Source of the DNA: an uncultured Deinococcaceae bacterium
Lineage (GTDB): Bacteria; Deinococcota; Deinococci; Deinococcales; Deinococcaceae
Assembly: GCA_964252075.1 (NCBI GenBank)
Contig: CAXULY010000017.1
Span: 36,195 to 100,194 of the forward strand
Length of the DNA: 64,000 nucleotides
Direction: 5' to 3'
Positions 23,776-35,572 of the stretch are shown in pieces; the stretch's first letter is position 1, and each line of letters opens with the position of its first letter. The position numbers were made by a program, and so were the translations under genes. The notes beneath the pieces are model-generated. The model was not told the DNA's origin. It made no database searches and worked only from the letters and a program-made list of their open reading frames with translations.

Positions 23776-24525
23776 CTACACGCCCCTCGCGCTCAGGGGG
23801 TGGCGGTTCCAGTCCTTGTAGATGAGGTAGCGGGCGGGCGTGCGGCCCAGCGCGCCGAACCACTGCGGGCAGTACGGCGCCATGTAGATCACGTCGCCCG
23901 CCGTGACGGGGTACCAGTCGTCGGAGAGGCGGTAGATGCCCTCGCCGTCCAGCATGACGAGGCCGTGCTCCATCACGTGCGTCTCCACCTGCGCGAGCGC
24001 TGCGCCCGGCTCGTACGTCATGGTGTTCACCGCGAAGTCCAGGCCGGGGTGGTCGGGCAGCAGGCGCCGCACGAGGATGCGCTCGTCTCCGTCGAGGGGA
24101 CTCGGGGGCAGTTGATCGGCCTGACCGGTGATGAGGGCAGGCGGCGTGGTGTCGGAAATTTGCCAGGGCTTCTCGAACACCAGGGCGCGGGAGGGGACGG
24201 CAGCACTCAGGACATGCTCGGTACCGGGGGCGAGGAAGGCGAAGCCCTCCGGCCCGAGAGCGTGCGCCTGCCCCTCTGCTTCCAATTGAAGCGACCCGCT
24301 CTGCACGTACACGAGGCGGCTGGTGCCCGCGGGCGGCGCGGGAAAGCGCCCTCCCGCCTGCAACTCCGCGGCGTACAGGGTGAATCCTGCCCCTTGCGGC
24401 GGCGAGACATGCACAACGCAGGTGGCGTCCGTGAAGCCCGGCCAGGGGGCGCGCACGAAGGCGTCCGGGGTGTGCAGGAGGTGGTCGCGGCCCAGGCGCG
24501 TGCGGGTGTGGCCGAGGTGCTGCAT
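23776..24525 (-). CDS. allE: (S)-ureidoglycine aminohydrolase (bicupin)
   Basis: ETHVMEHG; IYMAPYCPQW; YLIYKDWNR. Confidence 0.93.
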   Translation of the reverse strand: MQHLGHTRTRLGRDHLLHTPDAFVRAPWPGFTDATCVVHVSPPQGAGFTLYAAELQAGGRFPAPPAGTSRLVYVQSGSLQLEAEGQAHALGPEGFAFLAPGTEHVLSAAVPSRALVFEKPWQISDTTPPALITGQADQLPPSPLDGDERILVRRLLPDHPGLDFAVNTMTYEPGAALAQVETHVMEHGLVMLDGEGIYRLSDDWYPVTAGDVIYMAPYCPQWFGALGRTPARYLIYKDWNRHPLSARGV

Positions 24526-25763
24526 CAGGACTCCAGGGGGGACACGTGGGCGAGGGACCGCAGGAAGGCCAGCGCGACCCGGAACGCGACCTCCACGTCC
24601 TCGGGGCGCACGGCCTCGTCCGGGTGGTGGCTGAGGCCGCCGGGCGAGCGCACGAACAGCATGGCGCCGGGCATCAGGGGCGCGAGGACCATCGCGTCGT
24701 GCCCCGCGCCGCTGGGGAGATCCGGGGCGGAGATGCCCAGCGCGTCCGCCCCCGCGTGCAGGCCCGCGCGCCAGTCCGGGTGCATGGGCACGGAGGGCTG
24801 ATCGAGGGCGGTGGTTGAGGTGAAGGTGACGTTCCGACGCGCGGCGATGGCGTTCGCCCCTTCGAGCAGCGCGGCCAGCGCCGATTTGCGCTCCGCATCC
24901 TCGGGGTGGCGCACGTCGAGGCTGAGCGTGACCGCACCGGGAATCACGTTCCCCGCGCCGGGCAGGGCCGCAATCTGCCCGACCGTGGCGACCAGGGGCG
25001 GGCGGGCGAGGGCGAAGCGCTCCGCCTCCAGGATGAATTCGGCGGCAGCGGCGAGGGCGTCCCGGCGGGCGTTCATGGGGGTGGTGCCCGCGTGCGCGGC
25101 CTGCCCGGCGAAGCGCAACTCCAGGCGGTTCTGGCCGCTCACGGTGGTCACCACACCGACGGGGGCGTCCGCCGCCTCCAGCACCGGCCCCTGCTCGATG
25201 TGGATTTCGAGGTACCCGACCACCTGGGCGGGGTCGAGCGCGGCCTGTGGCAGTTCGTCCGGGTTCAGGCCGAAGTCCCGCATGGCCTGCCGCGGCGTGA
25301 TGCCGTTCGCGTCGTGCAGGCCGTCCAGCGTGCCCGCGTCCAGCGTTCCAGCGAGGGCGCGCGAGCCGATGAAGGGCCGCCCGAAGCGCACGCCCTCCTC
25401 CTCCGAGAAGGCCGCGACCATCAGCGAGAAGGGCAGGACCTCCCCGCGCAGCGCCTCCGCGAGTTCCAGGGCGAGCGTGACGCCCAGGATGCCGTCGTAC
25501 GCGCCCGCGTCCGGCACGGTGTCGACGTGCGAGCCGATCACGAGGGTGGGGGTGCCCGGCACCTCGCGCAGCCCGCGCAGGTTCCCGGCGGCGTCCTGCG
25601 TGACGGTGAGGCCTGCCTCCTGCATCCAGCCCTGCACGATGCCCTGCACCTCGCGGGCGGCGGGGGACAGGAACAGGCGGGTGATGCGGCCCGGCTCGTC
25701 CGTGAGGCGGGCGAGGTCCAGGCAGCGGGCGATGGCGCGGGTGGCAGCTTCACTTGGGGTCAT
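24525..25763 (-). CDS. allC: Allantoate amidohydrolase
   Basis: GSHVDTV..AGAYDG; EEEGVRF; HIEQGPVLE; HAGTTPM; SGAGHDA. Confidence 0.9.
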   Translation of the reverse strand: MTPSEAATRAIARCLDLARLTDEPGRITRLFLSPAAREVQGIVQGWMQEAGLTVTQDAAGNLRGLREVPGTPTLVIGSHVDTVPDAGAYDGILGVTLALELAEALRGEVLPFSLMVAAFSEEEGVRFGRPFIGSRALAGTLDAGTLDGLHDANGITPRQAMRDFGLNPDELPQAALDPAQVVGYLEIHIEQGPVLEAADAPVGVVTTVSGQNRLELRFAGQAAHAGTTPMNARRDALAAAAEFILEAERFALARPPLVATVGQIAALPGAGNVIPGAVTLSLDVRHPEDAERKSALAALLEGANAIAARRNVTFTSTTALDQPSVPMHPDWRAGLHAGADALGISAPDLPSGAGHDAMVLAPLMPGAMLFVRSPGGLSHHPDEAVRPEDVEVAFRVALAFLRSLAHVSPLES

Positions 25764-27130
25764 GCGCGCACCTCCAGGGGGTTCAGGAATGCGCCGCCCG
25801 CGTCACCCAGGACGCCCTGCCCGTCGTACACCTCGCGGCCCCGCAGCCACACGCGCTCCACGCGCACGCTCAGCTCGCGCCCGAGGTACGGCGAGTGTGG
25901 GTGGCGGTACAGCAGGTGCTGGGGGTCCAGGGTCCAGGAGGCGTTCAGGCGAACGGCGGTGATGTCGGCGTCGAGGGTGGGCGCGAGGGCGCCCTTGCAG
26001 GCACCCAGACCCGCAAGGCGCGCGGGGTTCGTGCTGAGGAGGCGCGCGAGTGCCGGGAGGTCCAGGCCGCGCCGCAGGCCCTCCGTGAGCGTGAGGGGCA
26101 GCAGGGTCTGCACGCCCTGCACACCGCCCCACGCCGCCCAGATGTCCGCCTCGCCGGGCGTCTTGAGCGCGAGCGGGCTGGGCGAGTGGTCGGACGTGAT
26201 GGCGTCCACGAGGCCCGCCCGCACGCGCTCCCACAGCGCCGCCACGCGGGCGGGGTCGCGCGGTGGAGGCGCGCACTTCCCGAACGGCCCGAGGCGCACG
26301 AGGTCATCCTCGGTGAGCGCGAGGTACTGCGGGCAGGTCTCCAGGGTGACGGCCTGTCCAGCATTACGAGCGGCGGTGATGAGGTCCACCGCTTCTGGCG
26401 TGCTGACGTGTACCACGTGCAGACGGCAGCCAGTTTCGCGCGCGAAGTCCAGGGCGGCCCGCACGGCGCGCACCTCGGCCTCCACCGAATGTGCTTCCGC
26501 CCAGGCGAGCGGGTCGCAGCGGCCCGCCCCCTGCAGGGCGGCGACGTTCGCCGCGACAAGCGCGTGGTCCTCCGCGTGGACGAGCAGCAAACCGCCCAGC
26601 CGGGCGATCTCGGCCATGCCCGCGCGCAGGGCCTCGCCCTCCACGAAGGCGAAGTCCGGCATCCCGGAATCAATCATGAAGGCCTTGAAGCCCGCCACGC
26701 CGCCCGCGTGCAGCGCGGCCAGCTCCGCCACGTTCCCCTGCACCAGCCCACCCCAGAGGGCGTAATCCGCGAAGGACCCGCGCGCGGCCTCGCGTTTGAG
26801 GCGCAGGGCCTTGGCGTTCACGGTGGGGGGAGAGGCGTTGAGGGGCATGTCCACCACGGTGGTCACGCCGCCCGCGAGGGCCGCGCGGCTGCCGGTGTCC
26901 CAGCCCTCCCAGTCGGCGCGTCCGGGGTCGTTGAAGTGCACGTGGATGTCCACGCCCCCGGGCAGCAGGTGCAGGCCCGAGGCATCGAACACCTCACGCC
27001 CTACGAGGCCGTCCGCGAGGGCGGCGATGCGTCCGTCCTGCACGCCGAGGTCAGTGCGGCGCTCACCGTCGGGCGTCACGACCGTGCCGCCGCGAATCAC
27101 GAGGTCGAAGGGCGCGGGTTCTGGGTTCAA
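25760..27130 (-). CDS. allB: Allantoinase
   Basis: DIHVHFNDPGR; DMPLN; ETCPQYL; KCAPP; SDHSP; TTG start chosen (see findings). Confidence 0.93.
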   Translation of the reverse strand: MNPEPAPFDLVIRGGTVVTPDGERRTDLGVQDGRIAALADGLVGREVFDASGLHLLPGGVDIHVHFNDPGRADWEGWDTGSRAALAGGVTTVVDMPLNASPPTVNAKALRLKREAARGSFADYALWGGLVQGNVAELAALHAGGVAGFKAFMIDSGMPDFAFVEGEALRAGMAEIARLGGLLLVHAEDHALVAANVAALQGAGRCDPLAWAEAHSVEAEVRAVRAALDFARETGCRLHVVHVSTPEAVDLITAARNAGQAVTLETCPQYLALTEDDLVRLGPFGKCAPPPRDPARVAALWERVRAGLVDAITSDHSPSPLALKTPGEADIWAAWGGVQGVQTLLPLTLTEGLRRGLDLPALARLLSTNPARLAGLGACKGALAPTLDADITAVRLNASWTLDPQHLLYRHPHSPYLGRELSVRVERVWLRGREVYDGQGVLGDAGGAFLNPLEVRA

Positions 27131-27373
27131 GGTGAGGGCATTCTGGCCTCCGCGCGGGGCGTGGGTCAATGCGACCCATCAAGACAGGTGACGGGGGTAC
27201 GGCTTTAGGCGTTCAACTTCCGCACTACAATCGGTGCACTCTCTGGTCTAGGGAATGCCAGAAGGAGGGCAAAGCGTGCGAATCGTTCAGAAAAACCAAC
27301 ACACACAGCGCGCCTTGACCCGCCTGCCCTGGCCCGCCGATCATGGTTGGATGGGAACAACCAGAGGTCGGTC

Positions 27374-28761
27374 TTGACCGCCGTGCAGCTCACCGTGAAC
27401 GGCGAGCGCGTGCAGGCAACCGGCGTGCTGCCGCACACCACCCTCCTCGCGTGGCTGCGGTCGCGCGGCCTGACGGCCAGTAAGGAAGGCTGCGCGGAGG
27501 GCGAGTGCGGCGCCTGCGCCGTGATGGTCGCGCGCGAGGGGGAGCGCGGCGCGCGCTGGGAGGCCGTGAACGGCTGCCTGACGCTGCTCGCCGCCCTGAA
27601 CGGCGCGGAGGTTCTCACGGCGGAGGGCCTGGGCCAGCCGGGGCACCTGCACCCCGTGCAGCGCGCGATGGCGGCGGCAGGCGGGAGTCAGTGCGGGTAC
27701 TGCACGCCGGGCTTCGTGACCAGCATGGCCGCCGAGTACTACCGCGAGGACCGAGCGGAGTTCGAGATGGAGGCGCTGACTGGGAACCTGTGCCGCTGCA
27801 CGGGCTACCGGCCCATTCGGGACGCCGCGGCCAGCCTGCCCGCGCCGGACGCGGGCGACCCCTTGCTCCAGCGGATGAGCAAAACTGCTCCACAGCCTGT
27901 CGAAACCGCCCTGGACACCCCTGAGGGCCTGTTCTTCCGCCCCGCGACCCTTGTGGACGCGCTGGACCTGCTGGCCCAGCACCCCACCGCCAAGCTGTTG
28001 GCGGGCGGCACGGACTGGGCGGTGGAGGTGAACCAGCGCTTCTCCCGCGCGCCCGTGACCATCGCGGTGGACGCCCTGCCGGAACTGCGGACCTTCGCGT
28101 GGACGGACGCGCACGTGGAGATTGGGGCGGGCCTGAACCTCTCGGAGGTCGAGCGGCGCCTCGCGGGCCGCATCCCGCTGCTGGCGGAGCTGTTCCCGCT
28201 GTTCGCGTCCCGCCTGATCCGCAACAGCGCCACACTCGGCGGCAATCTGGGCACTGCGAGCCCGATCGGGGACAGCGCGCCCGCCCTGCTCGCCCTGGAC
28301 GCCCGCGTGGTCCTGGCGGGGCCGACCGGGGAGCGTGAGTTGCCCCTCGCGGACTTCTTCACGGGGTACCGGCAGACGCAGTTGCAGCCCGGCGAGCTGA
28401 TCCGGGCGGTGCGCGTGCCCCTGCCGCTCGCGCCGGTCGCGCGGTACTACAAGGTCGCGAAGCGCCGCATGGACGACATCTCCAGCGTCGCGGCGGCCTT
28501 CGCGCTCACGCTGGACGGGGAGCGTGTGGCGGGCGTCCGCATCGGGCTGGGTGGCGTGGCCGCCACGCCCCTGCGCGCGCACGAAACGGAAGCGCAGCTG
28601 ACCGGGCAGCCCTGGACCGAGCGCACGGCGCGCGAGGCCGCGCGCGTCCTGGCGGGCGAGGGCACGCCGCTGTCCGATCACCGCGCGAGCGCCGCGTACC
28701 GCACCGCGATGCTGGAGCAACTCCTGCTGAAGTTCTTCCACGAGACGTCCGAGGTGCCCGC

Positions 28762-28765
<4 letters not shown>
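27374..28765 (+). CDS. xdhA: Xanthine dehydrogenase small subunit (2Fe-2S plus FAD)
   Basis: KEGCAEGECGAC; QCGYCTPGF; GNLCRCTGY; AGGTD; YKVAKRR.DDIS. Confidence 0.95.
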
Positions 28766-31070
<2,305 letters not shown>

Positions 31071-31071
<1 letters not shown>

Positions 31072-31904
31072 TGACGGACTGGGCCGCCAACCTCGCCCGC
31101 CTGCGTGCGGAGCGCACGCCCGTGGCGGTGGTGACGGTGGCGGCGGTGCGCGGGCACGCGCCCTGCGCGCCCGGAGCGAAACTGCTCGTCACGCCCACGG
31201 AGGCGCTGGGCACGGTGGGCGGCGGGTACCTGGAGCGCCACGCCATCACACTGGCGCGGGACACCCTGCACACCCCCGGCACGCGGCTGGAGACCGTGCA
31301 ACTCAACCCGCGCACGCAGCCCGTGCAGTGCTGCGGCGGCGAGGTCACGCTGCTCATCGAGGTGCCGCCCGCGCTCAGGCCAGCCATCGCCATTTTCGGG
31401 GTGGGGCACGTGGGCCTCGCGCTCGCGCGGCTCCTCGCGCACGCGCCGGTCGAACTGCACCTCATTGACACCCGCCAGGACTTCGTGCGGCCCGAGCGCC
31501 TGGGCGCCCTGCTGCACGGCGAGGCCCTGGTGCGCCCGCAGCACGTTCCGATTCCGGAGGCGGCGGTGCCCGCCCTGTCCTCCGGCTCGCACCTGCTCGT
31601 CATGACGCACGACCACGCCGAGGACCTCGCGGTGCTGGACATGGCCCTGCGCCGCCCGGACCTGGGCTTCATCGGCCTGATCGGGTCCAGCGTGAAGTGG
31701 GCGCACTTCCGCGCGCGCCTGCTCGCGGAGGGCCACACCGACACGGACTTGGAGCGCATCACGACGCCCATCGGTCTGGGGCGGCCCAGCAAGGACCCGC
31801 TGACCATCGCCATGAGCGTCGCGGCGCAGGTGATGCAGGTGCTGGATACCCAGAGTCAGCCGGAACGTTCACCACCCATTCCCGCCCTGAAGGAGCCCGA
31901 GTGA
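31071..31904 (+). CDS. xdhC: Xanthine dehydrogenase accessory (Moco) protein
   Basis: GTVGGG.LE; QCCGG; FGVGHVG; MTHDH; GLIGS. Confidence 0.95.
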
Positions 31905-33436
31905 CCCAGACCCCCGCCCTGCGCCTGCGCGGCATCACGAAGCGCTTCCCCGGCGTGACCGCCAACGACCACGTGGACCTTGATGTGTACCCCGGTGAGG
32001 TGCTGGCCCTGCTGGGCGAGAACGGCGCGGGCAAGAGCACCTTGATGAGCATCCTGTACGGCCTGTACCACCCGGACGAGGGTGAGATTCAGGTGGGCGG
32101 GCGGCCCGCGCGCATCGGGTCGCCCGCGCAGGCGCTGAAGCTGGGCATCGGGCTGGTGCCGCAGCACCCGGTGCTGGTGGGGCGGCACACCGTCGCCGAG
32201 AACCTCGCGCTCGGCGCTGGCCCGGTGTGGCGTCCGGTGCCGCACGTGATGGGCCTGATTGAGCGGACGGAGGCGCAGTATGGCCTGAAGATTGACCCGC
32301 GGGCGCGCGTGAGCACCCTGTCGCCCGGCGAGAAGCAGCGGGTGGAGATCGTGCGAGCCCTCATGCGCGGCGCGAACATCCTGATTCTGGACGAGCCGAC
32401 CAGCGTGCTTACCCCCCAGGAGGCGGAGGCGCTGTTCCGCGTGATGGCTGGCCTGCGCGAAGGCGGGAAGTCCCTGATCTTCATCTCGCACAAGCTGGAC
32501 GAGGTGCTCGCGATCTGCGACCGGGTGGCGGTGCTGCGCCGCGGGCAGCTGGTGGGCGAGGCGCCCACGCAGGGCGCGACGCGCGAGAGCCTCGCGGAGC
32601 TGATGGTGGGGCGCTCCGTGAACTTCGCGCGCAAGCGCGGCGCGGTGACGCCCGGCGCGCCGCTGCTGGACGTGCAAGGGTTGAGTGCCCGGAACACCCG
32701 CGGGCTGAGCGCCCTGAAGGACGTGAGCTTCACCCTGCGGGCGGGCGAGGTGCTGGGCGTGGCGGGCGTCGCGGGGAACGGGCAGAGCGAACTGGTGGAG
32801 GTGCTGGCGGGCCTGCGCGCGCCGGACGCGGGCGCCGTGAGCCTGGACGGGCGGCCCCTCGTGGGCGATCCGCGGGCGCGCTTCGGGCAGGGCGTCGCGC
32901 ACATTCCCGAGGACCGCATCCACATGGGCACGGTGCCCAGCATGACCGTCGCGGAGAACCTCGCGCTGCGCAGTTACGCGCAGGCCCCCTACGCGCGCGG
33001 CGCGCTGCGCGACCTGCGCGCGGTGGACGCGGGTGCCCGGCGCGAGGTGCAGGAGTACGCGATCAGCACGCCGGGTATTCACACGCCGTCGCGCCTGCTG
33101 TCCGGCGGGAACATCCAGAAGGTGATCCTGGCGCGTGAGCTGGCCGCCGGGGCGCGCGTGATCCTGGCGGTGCATCCCACCTACGGCCTGGACATCGGCG
33201 CGACGGACCAGGTGCATCGCACGCTGCTGTCGCGCACAGAGGCGGGTGCGGGCGTGCTGCTGGTGAGCGAGGACCTCGATGAGCTCATGGGCCTCTCGGA
33301 CCGCATCGCGGTGCTGTTCCACGGGCGCCTGCTGGGTCCCTTCGACGCGGCGCGCGTGACGCGCGAGGGGCTGGGCCTGCTGATGGCGGGCACGCCCGAG
33401 GCGCAGGTGTTCGCGCCGGTGGGGGGTGTGGCGTGA
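31901..33436 (+). CDS. Nucleoside/purine ABC transporter ATPase (two NBDs)
   Basis: GENGAGKST; LDEPT; LSGGNIQK. Confidence 0.93.
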   Translation: MTQTPALRLRGITKRFPGVTANDHVDLDVYPGEVLALLGENGAGKSTLMSILYGLYHPDEGEIQVGGRPARIGSPAQALKLGIGLVPQHPVLVGRHTVAENLALGAGPVWRPVPHVMGLIERTEAQYGLKIDPRARVSTLSPGEKQRVEIVRALMRGANILILDEPTSVLTPQEAEALFRVMAGLREGGKSLIFISHKLDEVLAICDRVAVLRRGQLVGEAPTQGATRESLAELMVGRSVNFARKRGAVTPGAPLLDVQGLSARNTRGLSALKDVSFTLRAGEVLGVAGVAGNGQSELVEVLAGLRAPDAGAVSLDGRPLVGDPRARFGQGVAHIPEDRIHMGTVPSMTVAENLALRSYAQAPYARGALRDLRAVDAGARREVQEYAISTPGIHTPSRLLSGGNIQKVILARELAAGARVILAVHPTYGLDIGATDQVHRTLLSRTEAGAGVLLVSEDLDELMGLSDRIAVLFHGRLLGPFDAARVTREGLGLLMAGTPEAQVFAPVGGVA

Positions 33437-34518
33437 TGCGCCTGCTGGCCCTCTCCGAGGTGCCGCGCGCGCGGGTGCTGTGGGTGACGGTCGCGGCGGT
33501 GCTGCTGGCCCTCGTCATCGTGGGCGGCGTGATTTTCGCGTCCGGCACGAACCCGCTGGATGCGTACGCCGCGATGTTCCAGGGCACCGTGATGGACGGG
33601 CGTGGCTGGGCGGAGGTGCTGCGCCGCGCGGTGCCGCTGCTGCTGATCGGGGTGGGCCTCACGCTGGCGTTCCGCGCGCAGTTCTTCAACATCGGCGCGG
33701 AGGGGCAGCTGCTGCTGGGCGCCGTCGCGGCGGGCGGCGTGGCGCTGTTCGTGCCCCTGCCAGGCGTGCTCTTACCCACCTTGGCCTTCGTCGCGGCCTT
33801 CGTGGCGGGCGGCCTGTGGGCGCTCATCGCGGCGTGGCTGCGCACGCGGCTGCGCGTGAACGAGATCCTCACCACCCTGATGCTGAATTACGTGGCGACC
33901 TCGCTGGTGGTGTACCTGATCTCCGGGCCGTGGAAGGGCAAGAACGTGCGCGGCTTCATCTACACCGACACCTTCCCCGACCACGCCTGGCTGCCCACCC
34001 TGCCCGGCACGCTGGTGGGCTGGCCCACCCTGCTGCTGGGCGTGCTGGCGGCGGTGGCGCTGCAGTTCCTGCTGTCGCGCACCACGCGGGGCTTCGAGTT
34101 GCGGGTGGTGGGCGAGAACGCGGGCGCGGCGCGTTACGCGGGCATCTCCATTCCCGGCACGGTGCTCCTGATGGGCCTCATCACGGGCGGCATGGCGGGC
34201 CTCGCGGGCGCGGGCGAGGTGCTGGGCATTCACCACAAGCTGCTGGAGCCCGCGCAGATCAGCGCCGGGTACGGCTTCACGGCGGTGATCGTGGCGTGGC
34301 TGGCGCGCGGCAACCCCCTTCTGTGCCTCGTGACGGCGCCCCTGATGGGCATCATCCTGGCGGGTGGCGACGTGCTGAAGATCAACCTGAACCTGCCGTT
34401 CCGGATCGTGGACGTGTTCTCCGGCGTGATGCTGCTGTGCCTGATCGCGTCGGAGGTGTTCGTGCGGCACCGCGTGGTGCTGGGTCGCGCCCGCGCGGCG
34501 CGGGGGGGTGCGCTGTGA
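33436..34518 (+). CDS. Nucleoside/purine ABC permease
   Basis: FNIGAEGQ; NEILTTLMLNY; GYGFTAVIVAWL. Confidence 0.92.
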   Translation: MRLLALSEVPRARVLWVTVAAVLLALVIVGGVIFASGTNPLDAYAAMFQGTVMDGRGWAEVLRRAVPLLLIGVGLTLAFRAQFFNIGAEGQLLLGAVAAGGVALFVPLPGVLLPTLAFVAAFVAGGLWALIAAWLRTRLRVNEILTTLMLNYVATSLVVYLISGPWKGKNVRGFIYTDTFPDHAWLPTLPGTLVGWPTLLLGVLAAVALQFLLSRTTRGFELRVVGENAGAARYAGISIPGTVLLMGLITGGMAGLAGAGEVLGIHHKLLEPAQISAGYGFTAVIVAWLARGNPLLCLVTAPLMGIILAGGDVLKINLNLPFRIVDVFSGVMLLCLIASEVFVRHRVVLGRARAARGGAL

Positions 34519-35423
34519 ACGACCTGCTGGACGCCCTCACGCGCGCGCTGGCCTTCGGGACGCCGCTGCTGCTCGCCAGCCTGGGCGCCATCGTGAACGA
34601 GCGCGCGGGCGTGGTGAACCTGGGCGTGGAGGGCATGATGGCCCTTGGGGCGCTCGCGGCCTTCGCGGTGGCGTACGGGGGCGGCATGGGCGGACCGCTG
34701 TGGCTGGCGTTGCTCGCCGCCTGTGGGGCGGGGGCGCTTGCGGCGCTCCTGCACGCCTTCGTGACCATCACGCTGCGTGCGAACCAGTTCGTGTCGGGCC
34801 TCGCACTCACCCTGCTGGGGGTGGGCCTCGCGGGGATGCTCGGCAAGCCCTACGAGGGGCAGATCCTGCCGATCAATGTCTCTGACGCGGCGCAGACCGC
34901 CCTGACCTGGGGCAAGTTCTCGCTGAGCCCCTGGACCATCGGGGCGATTGTGCTGTCCGGGGTGCTGGCTCTCGTGCTGAACGGCACGCGCGCGGGCCTC
35001 ACCCTGCGCTCGGTGGGCGAGAACCCCGCGGCGGCGGACGTGCTGGGCCTGAACGTGAACCTGGTGCGTTACCTCGCGGTGGTGATCGGCGGGGCGCTCG
35101 CGGGGCTCGCGGGCGCGTACCTGTCCCTCGTGTACCGCCCCTCGTGGTCGGACGGCATGACGGCGGGCCTGGGGTGGATCGCGGTCGCACTCGTGATCTT
35201 CGTGGCGTGGAATCCCGTGCGCGCCACGGTGGGCTCGGTGTTCTTCGGGCTGCTGTACTACCTGCAGTTCCGGTTGCAGGGCAAGAGCGCCATCCCGACC
35301 GAGGTGTTCTCCGCCATGCCGTACGTGCTGGTCGTGGTGGTGCTGGCCTTCGCGGGCCTGCGCGGGCAGCAGGGCAGCGCGCCGGAGAGTTTAGGGCGCC
35401 CGTACACACGCGGAGAAAGGTAG
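34515..35423 (+). CDS. Nucleoside/purine ABC permease
   Basis: ERAGVVNLGVEGMM; GENPAAAD; GWIAVALV. Confidence 0.92.
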   Translation: MNDLLDALTRALAFGTPLLLASLGAIVNERAGVVNLGVEGMMALGALAAFAVAYGGGMGGPLWLALLAACGAGALAALLHAFVTITLRANQFVSGLALTLLGVGLAGMLGKPYEGQILPINVSDAAQTALTWGKFSLSPWTIGAIVLSGVLALVLNGTRAGLTLRSVGENPAAADVLGLNVNLVRYLAVVIGGALAGLAGAYLSLVYRPSWSDGMTAGLGWIAVALVIFVAWNPVRATVGSVFFGLLYYLQFRLQGKSAIPTEVFSAMPYVLVVVVLAFAGLRGQQGSAPESLGRPYTRGER

Positions 35424-35572
35424 TCGGACATTACCTTGCGGCTTGTTCCTTCAGTCTGGAACAAGCCGTATGTTTTTCCTTTGTCTAGTCGCCAGATCAC
35501 CCCATTTCATGCATTGCGTCCTCCCCTTACCGTACATTCATCAAGAGTTCATTCGGGCTCCCAGGAGGCACC

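Noticed and set aside
27232..27373. Known purine or xanthine (NMT1) riboswitch before xdhA
   Set aside because: Only a short gaatcgttcag resemblance; the required stems are not evident
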